64,000 nucleotides of DNA from Macrostomum hystrix (GCA_950097015.1 CATNEN010000038.1:33914001-33978000); one strand, 5' to 3'; shown: positions 23,501 through 35,915, counted from the stretch's first letter. Notes: generated from the letters alone by a model not told the origin. Made by a program: numbers and translations.

Positions 23501-24224
23501 TAAGTCGGTTTTATCTCGTCAGCAGTGTAAAAACATCGATGAGTTTTTAAGTGAGTGAGAAAACACTTATAGAACTAGCTTCTCCCACTCCCTCTTCTCC
23601 AAACTGGACGAATTCGGAGCTGTCAGTTAAACCGTCTCTATAGCAATTATAGTTACGTAATCATTGATATACTGGGTGAAAAGAATATTCTTTTTCGTGC
23701 CAGAGCTACAAATTCATGCGAATGATTAAATGAATTGCAGACTTTACCATGCATGTAGCTGCAATTACAGAGACCCGGCGTGCATAGAACCGACTATACA
23801 TAATCGCTCCTAATACTCGTATAAATGGGCCATGCTGCTATACAAATGCTTGCAGGCAGTTTGCTCTCGGGTGTAATGTAAAGTAAAAAAAGTCGGCAAG
23901 AATTTCAACTACATTTAGCTCAGTTATAGGAAAGAGATTATTATAAATATTTTCCCTATTCAGTTCACCACTTCTTTCTGACTTGCAATCTTTTTGCGCA
24001 CTTGAAGGAATATGCAGGAAACAGGCATTGGTTGTTGTATCCAGTTTAAAAGAAATTGCATTCCAGCAAAAACAGTAGCAGCTATTTAAAGGCAAGCGCT
24101 TGTGAGAGGGCCAGGAATTACTAGCAAGCTGATACAAAGCATTACTCTAATTTATTACTTTTATATTCTAAAAGAACTTTTAATTTGAACACAAATACTG
24201 CAGCATTGACTAAGTCAATGAGCA

Positions 24225-24251
24225 ATGGATCGATCAACAGTTTGGGCGGAG
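24225..24251 (+). CDS. ANKS1: ANKS1-like SAM-SAM-PTB adaptor, coding exon 1 (MDRSTVWAE); eight-exon model, about 493 aa
   Basis: GAG|GTAAGT phase-0 donor. Joining to 25943 gives VWAEIDSILASM, resembling the W.EIEKIMSSI motif I recall upstream of the ANKS1 SAM domains. In-frame stops lie upstream of the ATG. Confidence 0.7.
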
Positions 24252-24339
24252 GTAAGTGACTTTAATCCCTATATTTCTAATTACGATTATTTAAAATCCC
24301 GACTGCCATAATGCTCCTTTGAAATCCCGACTATCGAAA

Positions 24340-24885
24340 TTTTAGATTCCTTTATGTCCAGATTCTTTAGATTCTAAGAAATCCCGATTCTTTAGATTCT
24401 AAGAATTCCCGATTCTTTAGATTCTTAGAAATCCCGATTCTTTAGATTCTAAGAATTCCCGATTCTTTAGATTCTAAGAATTCCCGATTCTTTAGATTCT
24501 AAGAAATCCCGATTCTTTAGATTCTAAGAAATCCCGATTCTTTAGATTCTAAGAAATCCCGATTCTTTAGATTCTAAGAATTCCCGATTCTTTAGATTCT
24601 AAGAAATCCCGAGTCTTTAGATTCTAAGAATTCCCGATTCTTTAGATTCTTAGTAATCCCGATTCTTTAGACTCTAAGAAATCCCGATTCTTTAGATTCT
24701 AAGAATTCCCGATTCTTTAGATTCTAAGAAATCCCGAGTCTTTAGATTCTAAGAATTCCCGATTCTTTAGATTCTAAGAAATCCCGATTCTATAGATTCA
24801 TAGAAATCCTGATTCTTTCGATTCTTAAGAATTCCCGATCTTAGAAATGCTAATTATTTTGATTCTTAGAAATCGCGATTCTTTA
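24340..24885. repeat. 25-bp minisatellite (TCCCGATTCTTTAGATTCTAAGAAA)
   Basis: Tandem units read directly. Confidence 0.95.
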
Positions 24886-25611
24886 GAAGATTATCAGGAC
24901 TTCAACGAGCTGCGTCATTGCCTTGTTCATTGTCTGGCTGGCTTAACGGTCTCTGAGCTGAGTTCGGTAATTTCATTTTAAATTAGAAAGAATCTAAAAA
25001 ATGGATTATTTAAAATCTGGATTCACGATATTTAAATTTTCGATTTTTTAAAATCCCAGTTGTCAGTAATCTTGATTATTCAAAATCCCAATTCGCTATT
25101 ATTGATACAGCAAAAATATATTAGCAGGTTTTTAATTTTATTTTCAAGAATTCGGTAACCTTTAAGTCTAAGTTAATGTTAATTTTTATTCTAATTCTAA
25201 TTCTAATGCTCATTATTCTAATTCTAAATTAAACATTCATTTTAGTATAGTATTTTCTCTGTAAAACATTATTCTAAATCTCTGATTCTCTATTATTTAA
25301 AAAAACATGATATCTACGGCTCGTAAAAATAAAATTTCTCAACCGGCTCTAAGAGTCTATAAATAGATTTTATTCTGACGTCACAGAAGGATTCTAAAAA
25401 TAGCAACGTGCTTTAATTTTACGCACGGGGGTCGTAAATGCTTCGATGTCTATAAGAGAGTAAAAATATATTGTTAATTATATATATTTATCTATTTACC
25501 ATACCTTCGTTAGCAAAATTGACAAAAGAAACATTCATTCCATCTAAAATTTAGAATTCCATCTCGTATTCTTCATCAAATAGATATCATTCCATCGATA
25601 AAAATTACGCT

Positions 25612-25882
25612 TAGGGTGTTGTGGCAGGGCGGTCAACGCGTCTGTCTCTCGCGCCAATTAAGGTCCCTGAGCTCAATTCCAGCAGCGAGGCCATGACATT
25701 TAATTAGGGCGCAGCCGCGGAGAGAAGGCTTGAAGGCTTTTCGTGCAAACTCCAAGGCCAACCTCCAAGGCGCAGTGAGAGTGTCACTAATTGACGATGA
25801 GAAAGTGCGAGTGTGTACTCAGGATTCAGCGCATTGCATAGAACAGCCTCCTCGCTGGCTGCGGGTCGACTGTCACTAAATA
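25612..25882 (+). mobile_element. tRNA-derived SINE family B, copy 1
   Basis: tRNA-like head (GTGGCAGGGCGG...GAGCTCAATTCC) and body shared with 51958-52235 and the reverse of 40555-40772. Confidence 0.8.
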
Positions 25883-25942
25883 GTGCGTACAGTCTTCCTC
25901 CAAATATTATTAAAATTTGTTTCATTACTATTTTTTCCAAAG

Positions 25943-26001
25943 ATCGATTCCATCCTGGCATCTATGGATCCGAATCGGTCATCTTGGATCTCGCTGATTC
26001 A

Positions 26002-26060
<59 letters not shown>

Positions 26061-26296
26061 TGTCGGCAACTTCTCGCGAATCTTCGCCGCAGCCAGCCGA
26101 CTCGGAATTCGTCGACCAGCTTCAAAGCCCGGCCTGCGGCACCAAGGCGAGCAGTCAAACCTCGTCGGCGTCATCAGCAGCGGCTATAATTCTGTTGGAT
26201 TTTCTCATCAGCCTGGAAGATTGGGCAGCGTTGAATCGCCTGGAAGATTTAATTCCGTTGATGATAAATCATGGATTCGATTGCGCCAGTTTCATT
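25943..26296 (+). CDS. ANKS1: ANKS1-like adaptor, exon 2 (poly-Q, start of SAM1)
   Basis: Acceptor ccaaag|ATC, donor GTGAGT at 26297; SLEDWAALNRLEDLIPLMINHGFD. Confidence 0.85.
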
Positions 26297-26389
26297 GTGA
26301 GTGTTTATTTTTATTGGGGTTTATTGGCGTCAATCTGCTGAAAAAATCTTCCAACTTTTCGTGTCATGATTCGATTGACTTCGATTCAG

Positions 26390-26498
26390 AATGACGTCAT
26401 CGACGAGACAGACCTAAAAGAGATGGGAATCAAATGCCCGGGCCAGAGGCGCCACATTCTGATGGCTGTGCTGGATCTGCCAAAGGGAGTCGAAACCG
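26390..26498 (+). CDS. ANKS1: ANKS1-like adaptor, exon 3 (end of SAM1)
   Basis: NDVIDETDLKEMGIKCPGQRRHIL; phase 0 to phase 1. Confidence 0.88.
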
Positions 26499-26586
26499 GT
26501 GGGTTTTCGTCAAATATTTTAGACACAAATTCTAGACTTCTAACTGCAATATGAAACATGTAATGTTACTCATTGATTTTCAACAG

Positions 26587-26732
26587 TTGCAGCTTCGCTA
26601 GCAGCGTCCGCCACCGTGGAGACATTTCTTCAACGATTGTGTCTTCAGCAGCACCTAGCTAGTGACTTCAACGAGTTGCGTCATTGCCTAGTTGATTGTC
26701 TGGCTGGCGTAACGGACTCCGAGCTGAGTTCG
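26587..26732 (+). CDS. ANKS1: ANKS1-like adaptor, exon 4 (SAM2, N-terminal part)
   Basis: TVETFLQRLCLQQHLASDF...VTDSELSS; acceptor caacag| phase 1, donor GTGAGT phase 0. Confidence 0.85.
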
Positions 26733-27068
26733 GTGAGTTCATTTAGTAGAGTACATTCTCTGTAAAACGTTATTCTAAATCTCTGATTCTCTATTATTCT
26801 AAAAATAACATACTTGCTGCGGATTCTAAAAATAGAATTTCTCAACCGGCTCTAAGAGTCTATAAATAGATTTTATTCTGACGTCACAGAAGGATTCTAA
26901 AAATAGCAACGTGCTTTAATTTTATGCATGGGGGTCGTAAATGTTTCGATGTTTATAAGAAAGTAAAAAAGCATTTTTTTGCAAACCAAGCAATAGCTAA
27001 ACCAAGCAATTTTTCTACACAACGATATAACAGAGTCATTAATAATCCCACAATTATCCCGCTAACAG

Positions 27069-27479
27069 AAGTACAACATCCGTAAGCTCGGCCATAGACG
27101 CCGGATTCTGCGCTGCTTGGCTCGCCTAAGATCGTCCCCAGCGGGTCTGATGATGCCGTTGCCATGCCAACTGAAACAACAGCAAAAGCAGCAGCAGCCC
27201 TTGCTTAACGGTGAAGTTTCTGGTCACAGAAGTGTTCTTATCCGGAAGGCGGAAGAAAATCACAAAGTTGGTGGTAGCTGCGGCTCGCTGATCTTTGAGC
27301 AAGAATCTAACCCGTCTACGGGCGCTCCGGAGAGGCGAGTCAGGCAGGGGCGGCCAAGAAAAAACAATAGCGACAGGTCGACAGAAAAGTTGACGCCGAA
27401 ATTTCAACCCGAGTTGATGCCAGGCTGGCCGCATCATCCACAGGTGCTGCTGGGCGGCCGCGTGTCATACAATGTTTCG
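27069..27479 (+). CDS. ANKS1: ANKS1-like adaptor, exon 5 (end of SAM2, linker, start of PTB)
   Basis: KYNIRKLGHRRRILRCL and WPHHPQVLLGGRVSYNVS; phase 0/0. Confidence 0.88.
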
Positions 27480-27629
27480 GTGAGAATGTCTCAGTTTTTA
27501 AAGTAAGACAATAATTCATCGTTGACTAAATAACAAAGGCTTTCTGCTTCGGTGTACATATGCTACATTTTTGGTTATTCTCTAGTCAATGTACACACTT
27601 GTAAAAATCCATGCTTTAGTTCCGAATTC

Positions 27630-27830
27630 CTTCTGTCGCTCCCCAATTACCCTCTTTCGCCAATCAAATCCCCTCTGTCGCCCATCAAATCCCCTCTGTC
27701 GCCCATCAAATCCCTTCTGTCGCCAATCAAATCCCCTCTGTCGCCCATCAAATCCCCTCTGTCGCCCATCATATCCCTTCTGTCGCCCATCAAATCCCTT
27801 CTGTTGCCCATCAAATCCCTTCCATCCATC
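27630..27830. repeat. 21-bp minisatellite (CCCTCTGTCGCCCATCAAATC)
   Basis: Tandem units ending just before the exon 6 acceptor. Confidence 0.92.
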
Positions 27831-27848
27831 AAATTGCGCACCTTTCAG

Positions 27849-28007
27849 TACCTGGGCTTCAGTCCGGTGTTGGATCACACTGACACATCCGAAATTTATC
27901 GCCTAATGCGCAATTTTCGTTGCAAGAGCGCCGAAATACTCAAACTGCCTCAGATCTGCCTGTCAATCTGCTACCTGGGCGTTAAATTTGTCAATCCGGA
28001 TAGCCAG
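27849..28007 (+). CDS. ANKS1: ANKS1-like adaptor, exon 6 (PTB)
   Basis: YLGFSPV...LPQICLSICYLGVKFVNPDSQ; phase 0/0. Confidence 0.88.
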
Positions 28008-28172
28008 GTTTGAGAACGATAAACTGTTTATTCCTTGAGCTAGCGATTCGAAAACAGGACCTCTTAGTCATGAGTACGCTGCTCTAGCCACAGGTCTACA
28101 AGCTTCCTAGGCTAACCACTGATAATCGCAGTATTTGAAATATAAAATGACAATGGTTTATTTCCGCTGCAG

Positions 28173-28310
28173 AGGCTAATCACGGAGCACAAAATCACGG
28201 ACATCTACGCGGCCTGTCAGGACAGCACGCGGAGATCTAATTTCGCCTACGTAACTATGGAGACTTCTAGCGGCACTCACTATTGTCACTGCTTCGCGGC
28301 ACACTCTCAG
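28173..28310 (+). CDS. ANKS1: ANKS1-like adaptor, exon 7 (PTB); absent from the ORF track
   Basis: RLITEHKITDIYAACQD...FAYVT...HYCHCF; acceptor ctgcag| and donor CAG|GTGAGA. Confidence 0.88.
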
Positions 28311-28429
28311 GTGAGAGATTGTACGCGCCGGTTGGGGAAGCATTAATTGGTTCTTTAGCTGAAGGGGTTTAATTCATAACGAAGATCTAGACGGCTGTGG
28401 ATTTGCAGCAGAAAACTAGATAACTAAAG

Positions 28430-28660
28430 AAACTAGGGAATCGCAGCAGGAAACTAGAGAATCGCAGCAGGAGACTGGGGAATCGCAGCAGGAGACTGGA
28501 GAATCGCAGCAGGAGACTAGAGAATCGCAGCAGGAGACTAGAGAATCGCAGCAGGAGACTGGGGAATCGCAGCAGGAGACTGGAGAATCGCGGCAGGAGA
28601 CTGGAGAATCGCAGCAGGAGACTGGAGAATCGCAGCAAGAGACTAGAGAATCGCAGGAGG
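28430..28660. repeat. 21-bp minisatellite (GAATCGCAGCAGGAGACTGGA)
   Basis: Tandem units read directly. Confidence 0.92.
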
Positions 28661-28814
28661 ATACTAGGGATTAGCAGCATGAAGACAGAGAATCGTATTA
28701 AAAAATACATAATACATAAATGTAAATAAAAAATCACATGCAATGGTTCTTACTTCGGGAGTCATGTAAATGTACATACATTTATCTTATCTACCTAATT
28801 TGGTTTCGCTGTAG

Positions 28815-28952
28815 GATGCCACAGTGCTAATCATCAACACGCTGTCCGAGGCTTGCTCACTGGCCAACCAGCTGATCGAGTTCAACCAGAGATTTGGCAA
28901 CAGTTCTAAGAAACCGGTCGATGAGCAACTGCAGGCGTGCGCATTCTCATAG
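28815..28952 (+). CDS. ANKS1: ANKS1-like adaptor, exon 8 (last PTB helix and stop)
   Basis: Acceptor ctgtag|, then DATVLIINTLSEACSLA...CAFS*. Confidence 0.82.
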   Translation, partial: DATVLIINTLSEACSLANQLIEFNQRFGNSSKKPVDEQLQACAFS

Positions 28953-29518
28953 ACGCGTACAAGTGCAAGAAACTTAAAAATCAAGTAAGAAAAGTTAAAA
29001 TCAAGAATCTGTCTTGTAAGGTCATGCACGCAAGCTAGACTACTTATAGTAGAAATACTATATTTTTGCAAACAAGATTCAGTGATTATCATTGTGATTA
29101 TTATGAAAAGAACTGCATTTTAAAGAAAAAAACTCCTCTTAATTTGAGTTCAAACGTTTTTTAAACCATCGAAGCGAAATCAAAAGTTTTTATTAGTCAA
29201 TCAGCACATTAATTATTTCATTATTTTTACTGCCCTCTAATCTACCGCTATCAATGTCAATATGATCGAAACAAAACGATTGAATGCACTAAGTCTTTTG
29301 TGCCGACTTTGTTTTCTCAATTTTTAAAGATCATAAATCATACAATAAGATATTATCCTTGAAACTATAAAATATAAAGCTATTCTATATACTATAAACT
29401 ATAAACTATAAAATAACGCCATAAATTAAAAATCATTGAAATATATTTCTCCTAGACTTTTTGCTATGTAGGGCTACCAGAATATGAATGTATGAATATT
29501 TTAAATATATATGAATCA

Positions 29519-30740
29519 TGAAGGCTCATTACTCACAGCAGGCTATGACCACTGAAGGCTCATTACTCACAGCAGGCTATGACCACTGAAGGCTCATTAC
29601 TCACAGTAGGCTATGACCACTGAAGGCTCATTACTCACAGCAGGCTATGACCACTGAAGGCTCATTACTCACAGCAGGCTATGACCACTGAAGGCTCATT
29701 ACTCACAGCAGGCTCTGACCACTGAAGGCTCATTACTCACAGTAGTCTATGACCACTGAAGGCTCATTACTCACAGCAGGCTCTGACCACTGAAGGCTCA
29801 TTACTCACAGTAGTCTATGACCACTGAAGGCTCATTACTCACAGTAGGCTATGACCACTGAAGGCTCATTACTCACAGTAGGCTATGACCACTGAAGGCT
29901 CATTACTCACAGCAGGCTATGACCACTGAAGGCTCATTACTCACAGCAGGCTATGACCACTGAAGGCTCATTACTCACAGTAGGCTATGACCACTGAAGG
30001 CTCATTACTCACAGCAGGCTATGACCACTGAAGGCTGATTACTCACAGCAGGCTATGACCACTGAAGGCTCATTACTCACAGCAGGCTATGACCACTGAA
30101 GGCTCATTACTCACAGCAGGCTCTGACCACTGAAGGCTCATTACTCACAGCAGGCTATGACCACTGAAGGCTCATTACTCACAACAGGCTATGACCACTG
30201 AAGGCTCATTACTCACAGCAGGCTCTGACCACTGAAGGCTCATTACTCACAGCAGGCTATGACCACTGAAGGCTGATTACTCACAGCAGGCTATGACCAC
30301 TGAAGGCTCATTACTCACAGCAGGCTATGACCACTGAAGGCTCATTACTCACAGCAGGCTATGACCACTGAAGGCTCATTACTCACAGCAGGCTATGACC
30401 ACTGAAGGCTCATTACTCACAGTAGGCTATGACCACTGAAGGCTCATTACTCACAGCAGCCTATGACCACTGAAGGCTCATTACTCACAGCAGGCTATGA
30501 CCACTGAAGGCTCATTACTCACAGCAGGCTATGACCACTGAAGGCTCATTACTCACAGCAGCCTATGACCACTGAAGGCTCATTACTCACAGCAGGCTAT
30601 GACCACTGAAGGCTGATTACTCACAGCAGGCTATGACCACTGAAGGCTCATTACTCACAGCAGGCTATGACCACTGAAGGCTCATTACTCACAGCAGGCT
30701 ATGACCACTGAAGGCTCATTACTCACAGCAGGCTCATTAT
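29519..30740. repeat. 34-bp minisatellite (TGAAGGCTCATTACTCACAGCAGGCTATGACCAC), about 36 copies
   Basis: Head-to-tail units with no spacers. Confidence 0.97.
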
Positions 30741-31344
30741 TCACTGAAGTGAAAAACAGGCTTTTAATAATTACAAATGTAAAATTGCTCATCGGTACTA
30801 TATATAATTGACCAAAATAGCAGTATCCGAATTCAGTGTATATTTATATTGTAAAGGACTCCTAACTAAATAGTTTCTTAACAATGATTTTCCACGAATA
30901 AGGAAACGTACAGGTGGTTAATATACGTCTTTGTAATCAAAAGAATTTAAGTAGTCACTATTGTTGAGACTATTGCCAATATTGCAAAGAATTGAACATG
31001 CAAACATGGGACAGAAGGATGAAAAAGTGTTTGCAAATCAATAAATAAATGGGTTAGTTGCTTACAATAATCAATTACAAAAGTACAATTACTTGAAGTG
31101 TCTCTATTGAGTTTCAGTCCTCAGAACCACCTGAATGTTATTTAAACATTTCTTTATTTCTCATTCCTGGTAACTAACTACCTAGGGAATCCCTTGGTAA
31201 TCCAAGTGAAATATTTAGTTTCGAAGTTAAAAAAACCTACTATACAATGTGAATCTCGAAACACGACGACAAAATACAATGCCTAAAAACATTCTTCAAA
31301 TATTTGTAAGTCCAAGAATTGAAGGGAAATCTTAACAGTAAAGA

Positions 31345-31710
31345 GAAAATCCCAGTATTCAAGGGAAATCCCAGTATTCAAGGGAAATCCCCTCATTCAA
31401 GGGAAATCCCAGTATTCAAGGGAAATCCCCTTATTCAAGCGAAATCCCAGTATTCAAGGGAAATCTCAGTATTTAAGGGAAATCCCAGTATTCAAGGGAA
31501 ATCCCCTTATTCAAGGGAAATCCCAGTATTCAATGGAAATCCAAGTATTCAAGGGAAATCCCCTTATTCAAGGGAAATCCTAGTATACAAGGGAAATCCC
31601 CTTATTCAAGCGAAATCCCAGTATTCAAGGGAAATCTCTGTATTTAAGGGAAATTCAATTATTTAAGGTTAATCCCAGCATTCAAAGGAAATCCAAGTAT
31701 TTAAGGGAAA
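31345..31710. repeat. 19-bp minisatellite (AAGGGAAATCCCAGTATTC)
   Basis: Imperfect tandem units. Confidence 0.9.
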
Positions 31711-32135
31711 TCCTAGAAGTTAGGGGATTCTCCGAATTCGGAGTAAAATCTCCCGATTAAATTGGAATATAACTATTAAAGAGAAATCTAAGAATTCAAA
31801 GGAAACTCCAGTATTTAAGGGAAATTATTACTCAAATCAAGCAACATCCCAAGACAAAAATAAAAATCCGAGCTTTTTAGGGAATTGCCGGAAATTGGAG
31901 CGAAATTTCCTGGAAAATCTAAGACTAATTAAAAATGCCAGACTCTACGGAAAATCCTGAAATTAAAGGTAAACTTCTGAGAGAAATGAGATTTTAATTA
32001 AGAAAAAGTTTTTCTAAAATTAAATTTTAACAGCTGATCCACAAAATATTGTCATAAGTTCAATAAGATTTTAATTAAGATCGTAAAACAGTTTTGTTTA
32101 TTTTCTCGAACCGCAAATGAGCACAGACGAGCTCA

Positions 32136-32547
32136 TCAGTCGTCGCAGGACACGTGCGTGAACAGATAGGACATGCTCTCGTTATTTTGAATCCGTCTGA
32201 TACCCTCGGCGATCAGCACCGAGACGTCGACAGTTTTGATGCGGTGGCACTGCATCTTCTGCACCTCGTGTGGCACAGTGTTGGTCACCACAACTTCGTC
32301 AATATCTGAGGCGTCTATTTTAGAGGCGGCGTCGGCGCTAAGCAAGCCGTGCGTTGCCATGACGATGACGCGGAAGGCGCCGCGTTCACGCAGCTCGGCC
32401 GCGGCGGCGGCAAATTGTTCAACGTCGTCGATCATATCGTCGACGATGATGGCGATGCGGCCGGAGACGTCGCCGACTAGATTCATTGGGGCCTTCTCCT
32501 TGGCCATGGGCAGAGGGAAGTAGTTCACGCCAAGGTACTGGCCGGGT
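32136..32547 (-). CDS. PRPSAP2: PRPP synthase-associated protein, last exon
   Basis: [27 protein letters not shown]...ATHGLLS...VVTNTVPH...NESMSYLF; acceptor ccgcag| phase 2. Confidence 0.95.
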
Positions 32548-32917
32548 CTGCGGCGCGGGGTTTAAGCAAAGGTAAATATTGGATTAGCAAAATCTATTCG
32601 ACTCGCTGAATAAAATAAGAATGCTGGAGAGGACAGGACCGAAGATAGAGGAGAAAGATAAGACAGGGAAGGACGAGAAAGGGGAGAGATGCGATAGGGA
32701 GAGATGAGATAGGGAGAGATGAGATAGGGAGAGATTAGACAGGGAAGGGATGATAGAGGAGACAAGAGAGAGATAAGACAGTAGAGAGATGAGGCAGGGG
32801 AGAGATGAGGCAGGAGAGAGATGAGACGGGGAGAGATGTCACAGGAGAGAGATGAGGCATGGTAGGTATAAGGAAGGGGAAGAATCAAGATGATAAATGG
32901 TACACATCGACACTTAA

Positions 32918-33263
32918 GAGATGAGACAGAGCAGGAGTGAGATGAGACAGAGCAGGAGTGAGATGAGACAGGGCAGGAGTGATATGAGACAGGGCAGGAG
33001 TGAGATGAGACAGGGCAGGAGTGAGATGAGACAGGGCAGGAGTGAGATGAGACAGGGCAGGAGTGAGATGAGACAGGGCAGGAGTGAGATGAGACAGGGC
33101 AGGAGTGAGATGAGACAGGGCAAGAGTGAGATGAGACAGGGCAAGAGTGAGATGAGACAGGGCAGGAGTGAGATGAGACAGGGCAGGAGTGAGATGAGAC
33201 AGGGCAGGAGTGAGATGAGACAGGGCAGGAGTGAGATGAGACAGGGCAGGAGTGAGATGAGAC
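32918..33263. repeat. 21-bp minisatellite (GAGATGAGACAGGGCAGGAGT)
   Basis: Tandem units; a GA-rich degenerate tract precedes it at 32620-32880. Confidence 0.95.
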
Positions 33264-33523
33264 ATGGTGCAGATAGAGCTGTTAGAAGGGTCCAAGGGAG
33301 CTTTACAGGCCGTAACTGGCTAAGAGCTGGTGAAGCTAAATAAACTTTTAAACCTTAACCAGTCGACGATTAATTTGTTGTCATTTTTGGTTAATTACGT
33401 TTGTTAATATTCTATAAAAAGAACAATAAATAAAAATTTCCTAAAATCTTAGGTAATAAAAAAGCAAATAAAGAAATTTCGATACATGTAGGCTAGATCC
33501 TAGGTGTTAAAAACATCTCTCAC

Positions 33524-33556
33524 CTAGAAGAGCGAGTACTGTCCTGCCTGGATCGT
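33524..33556 (-). CDS. PRPSAP2: PRPSAP putative 33-nt micro-exon (RRSRQDSTRSSR)
   Basis: Acceptor tttttgttctcatttcag|, donor AG|GTGAGA; phase 2/2 fits both neighbouring exons; frame open. Confidence 0.7.
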   Translation of the reverse strand, partial: TIQAGQYSLF

Positions 33557-34049
33557 CTGAAATGAGAACAAAAAAGCTCAAGTCAGTAAACATAATTAAA
33601 ACAATTTCGAAAGACGGTACAGTACAAAGGGTAGTGTGAGAGCAGTGAGACTACATCGTGCTGATACAACACGACTCTCTGATTGGCGACAAACTGCTCA
33701 AATCACAAACTATTAGTGCAACAGTGCTTGCCATTAACACTACAGGTTTTTAGTAATGATAGATTTTGTTACGCGCGTATTTCAAAAGAACAAAGTTCTA
33801 TCAATCGCGGCTCAATATTAGGCCTACACAATAGAATTTTTTGACGAGCAAGCAATAGTCTGTTTAGTTGCAGAGCAAGCTGTTATTGTTTATAGAAACA
33901 ATCATGAGGTCGTGTATATTGAATTCTAATAGAGATATTAGCGGAATGTTATTGATTGCAGTTGTTAAATTTAACACAGCCATTTAATTTAAAGAGAGCT
34001 GTGTTTCTAGTAAAAATAACGCTGGAGCAGTCTAAAACTCTAGCGCTTC

Positions 34050-35915
34050 ACAGAAATTGGTCATACTGAATGGTAAGCGACGGAAAATGGTCATACGTAA
34101 TGGAAAGTCACAGAAAATGGTCATATGCAATGGTAGGTCACAGAAAATGGTCATAGGGAACGATGTAGCCACAGAAAATGGTCATTGGGAATGGTAGGTC
34201 ACGGAAATGATCACATAGAATGGTAGGTCACAGAAAATGGTCATAGGGAATGGTAGGTCACGGAAATGATCACATAGAATGGTAGGTCACAGAAAATGGT
34301 CATAGGGAATGGTAGGTCACGGAAATGATCACATAGAATGGTAGGTCACAGAAAATGGTCATAGGGAATGGTAAGTCACGGAAAATGGTCATTGGGAATG
34401 GTAAGTCACGGAAAATGGTCATTAGGAATGTTAAGTCACGGAAAAATGGTCATAGGCAATGGTAGGTCACAGAAAATGGTTATAGGGAACGATGTAGCCA
34501 CAGAAAATGGTCATTGGGAATGGTAGGTCACGGAAATGATCACATAGAATGGTAGGTCACAGAAAATGGTCATAGGGAATGGTAGGTCACAGAAATGATC
34601 ACATAGAATGGTAGGTCACAGAAAATGGTCATAGGGAATGGTAGGTCACGGAAATGATCACATAGAATGGTAGGTCACAGAAAATGGTCATAGGGAATGG
34701 TAAGTCACGGAAAATGGTCATTGGGAATGGTAAGTCACGGAAAATGGTCATTAGGAATGTTAAGTCACGGAAAAATGGTCATAGGCAATGGTAGGTCACA
34801 GAAAATGGTTATAGGGAACGATGTAGCCACAGAAAATGGTCATTGGGAATGGTAGGTCACGGAAATAATCACATAGAATGGTAGGTCACAGAAAATGGTC
34901 ATAGGGAATGGTAGGTCACGGAAATGATCACATAGAATGGTAGGTCACAGAAAATGGTCATAGGGAATGGTAGGTCACGGAAATGATCACATAGAGTGGT
35001 AGGTCACAGAAAATGGTCATTGGGAATGGTAGGTCACGGAAATGATCACATAGAATGGTAGGTCACGGAAAATGGTCATAGGGAATGGTAAGTCACGGAA
35101 AATGGTCATTGGGAATGGTAAGTCACGGAAAATGGTCATTAGGAATGTTAAGTCACGGAAAAATGGTCATAGGCAATGGTAGGTCACAGAAAATGGTTAT
35201 AGGGAACGATGTAGCCACAGAAAATGGTCATTGGGAATGGTAGGTCACGGAAATAATCACATAGAATGGTAGGTCACAGAAAATGGTCATAGGGAATGGT
35301 AGGTCACGGAAATGATCACATAGAATGGTAGGTCACAGAAAATGGTCATAGGGAATGGTAGGTCACGGAAAGGATCACATAGAGTGGTAGGTCACAGAAA
35401 ATGGTCATTGGGAATGGTAGGTCACGGAAATGATCACATAGAATGGTAGGTCACAGAAAATGGTCATAGGGAATGGTAAGTCACGGAAAATGGTCATTGA
35501 GATGAGATTGAGATTGAGATTGAGATTGGGAATGGTAAGTCACGGAAAATGGTCATTGGGAATGGTAAGTCACGGAAAATGGTCATTGGGAATGGTAAGT
35601 CACGGAAAATGGTCATTGGGAATGGTAAGTCACGGAAAAATGGTCATACGCAATGGTAGGTCACGGAAAAGGATCATATAGAATGGTAGGTCACAGAGAA
35701 TGGTCACAGGGAACGATAAGTCACGGAAAATGGTCATTGGGAATGGTAGGTCACGGAAAATGGTCATAGAAATGGGAAATTAAAAAAAACTCATTGAGAA
35801 TAGGGAAGCCACCAAAATAGTTATAGGGAATCGTATACTACCGAAAGTGATCATTGCGAATGACACATTGCTGAATGTGGTCATAGGGAATGAGAAAGTC
35901 ACTTAATTGGTCACA
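34050..35915. repeat. ~30-bp minisatellite (GGAATGGTAGGTCACAGAAAATGGTCATAG) with higher-order structure
   Basis: Tandem units read directly. Confidence 0.96.

Noticed and set aside
29519-30740. 34-bp repeats of CRISPR-like length
   Set aside because: Head-to-tail with no unique spacers, no cas genes, eukaryotic context.
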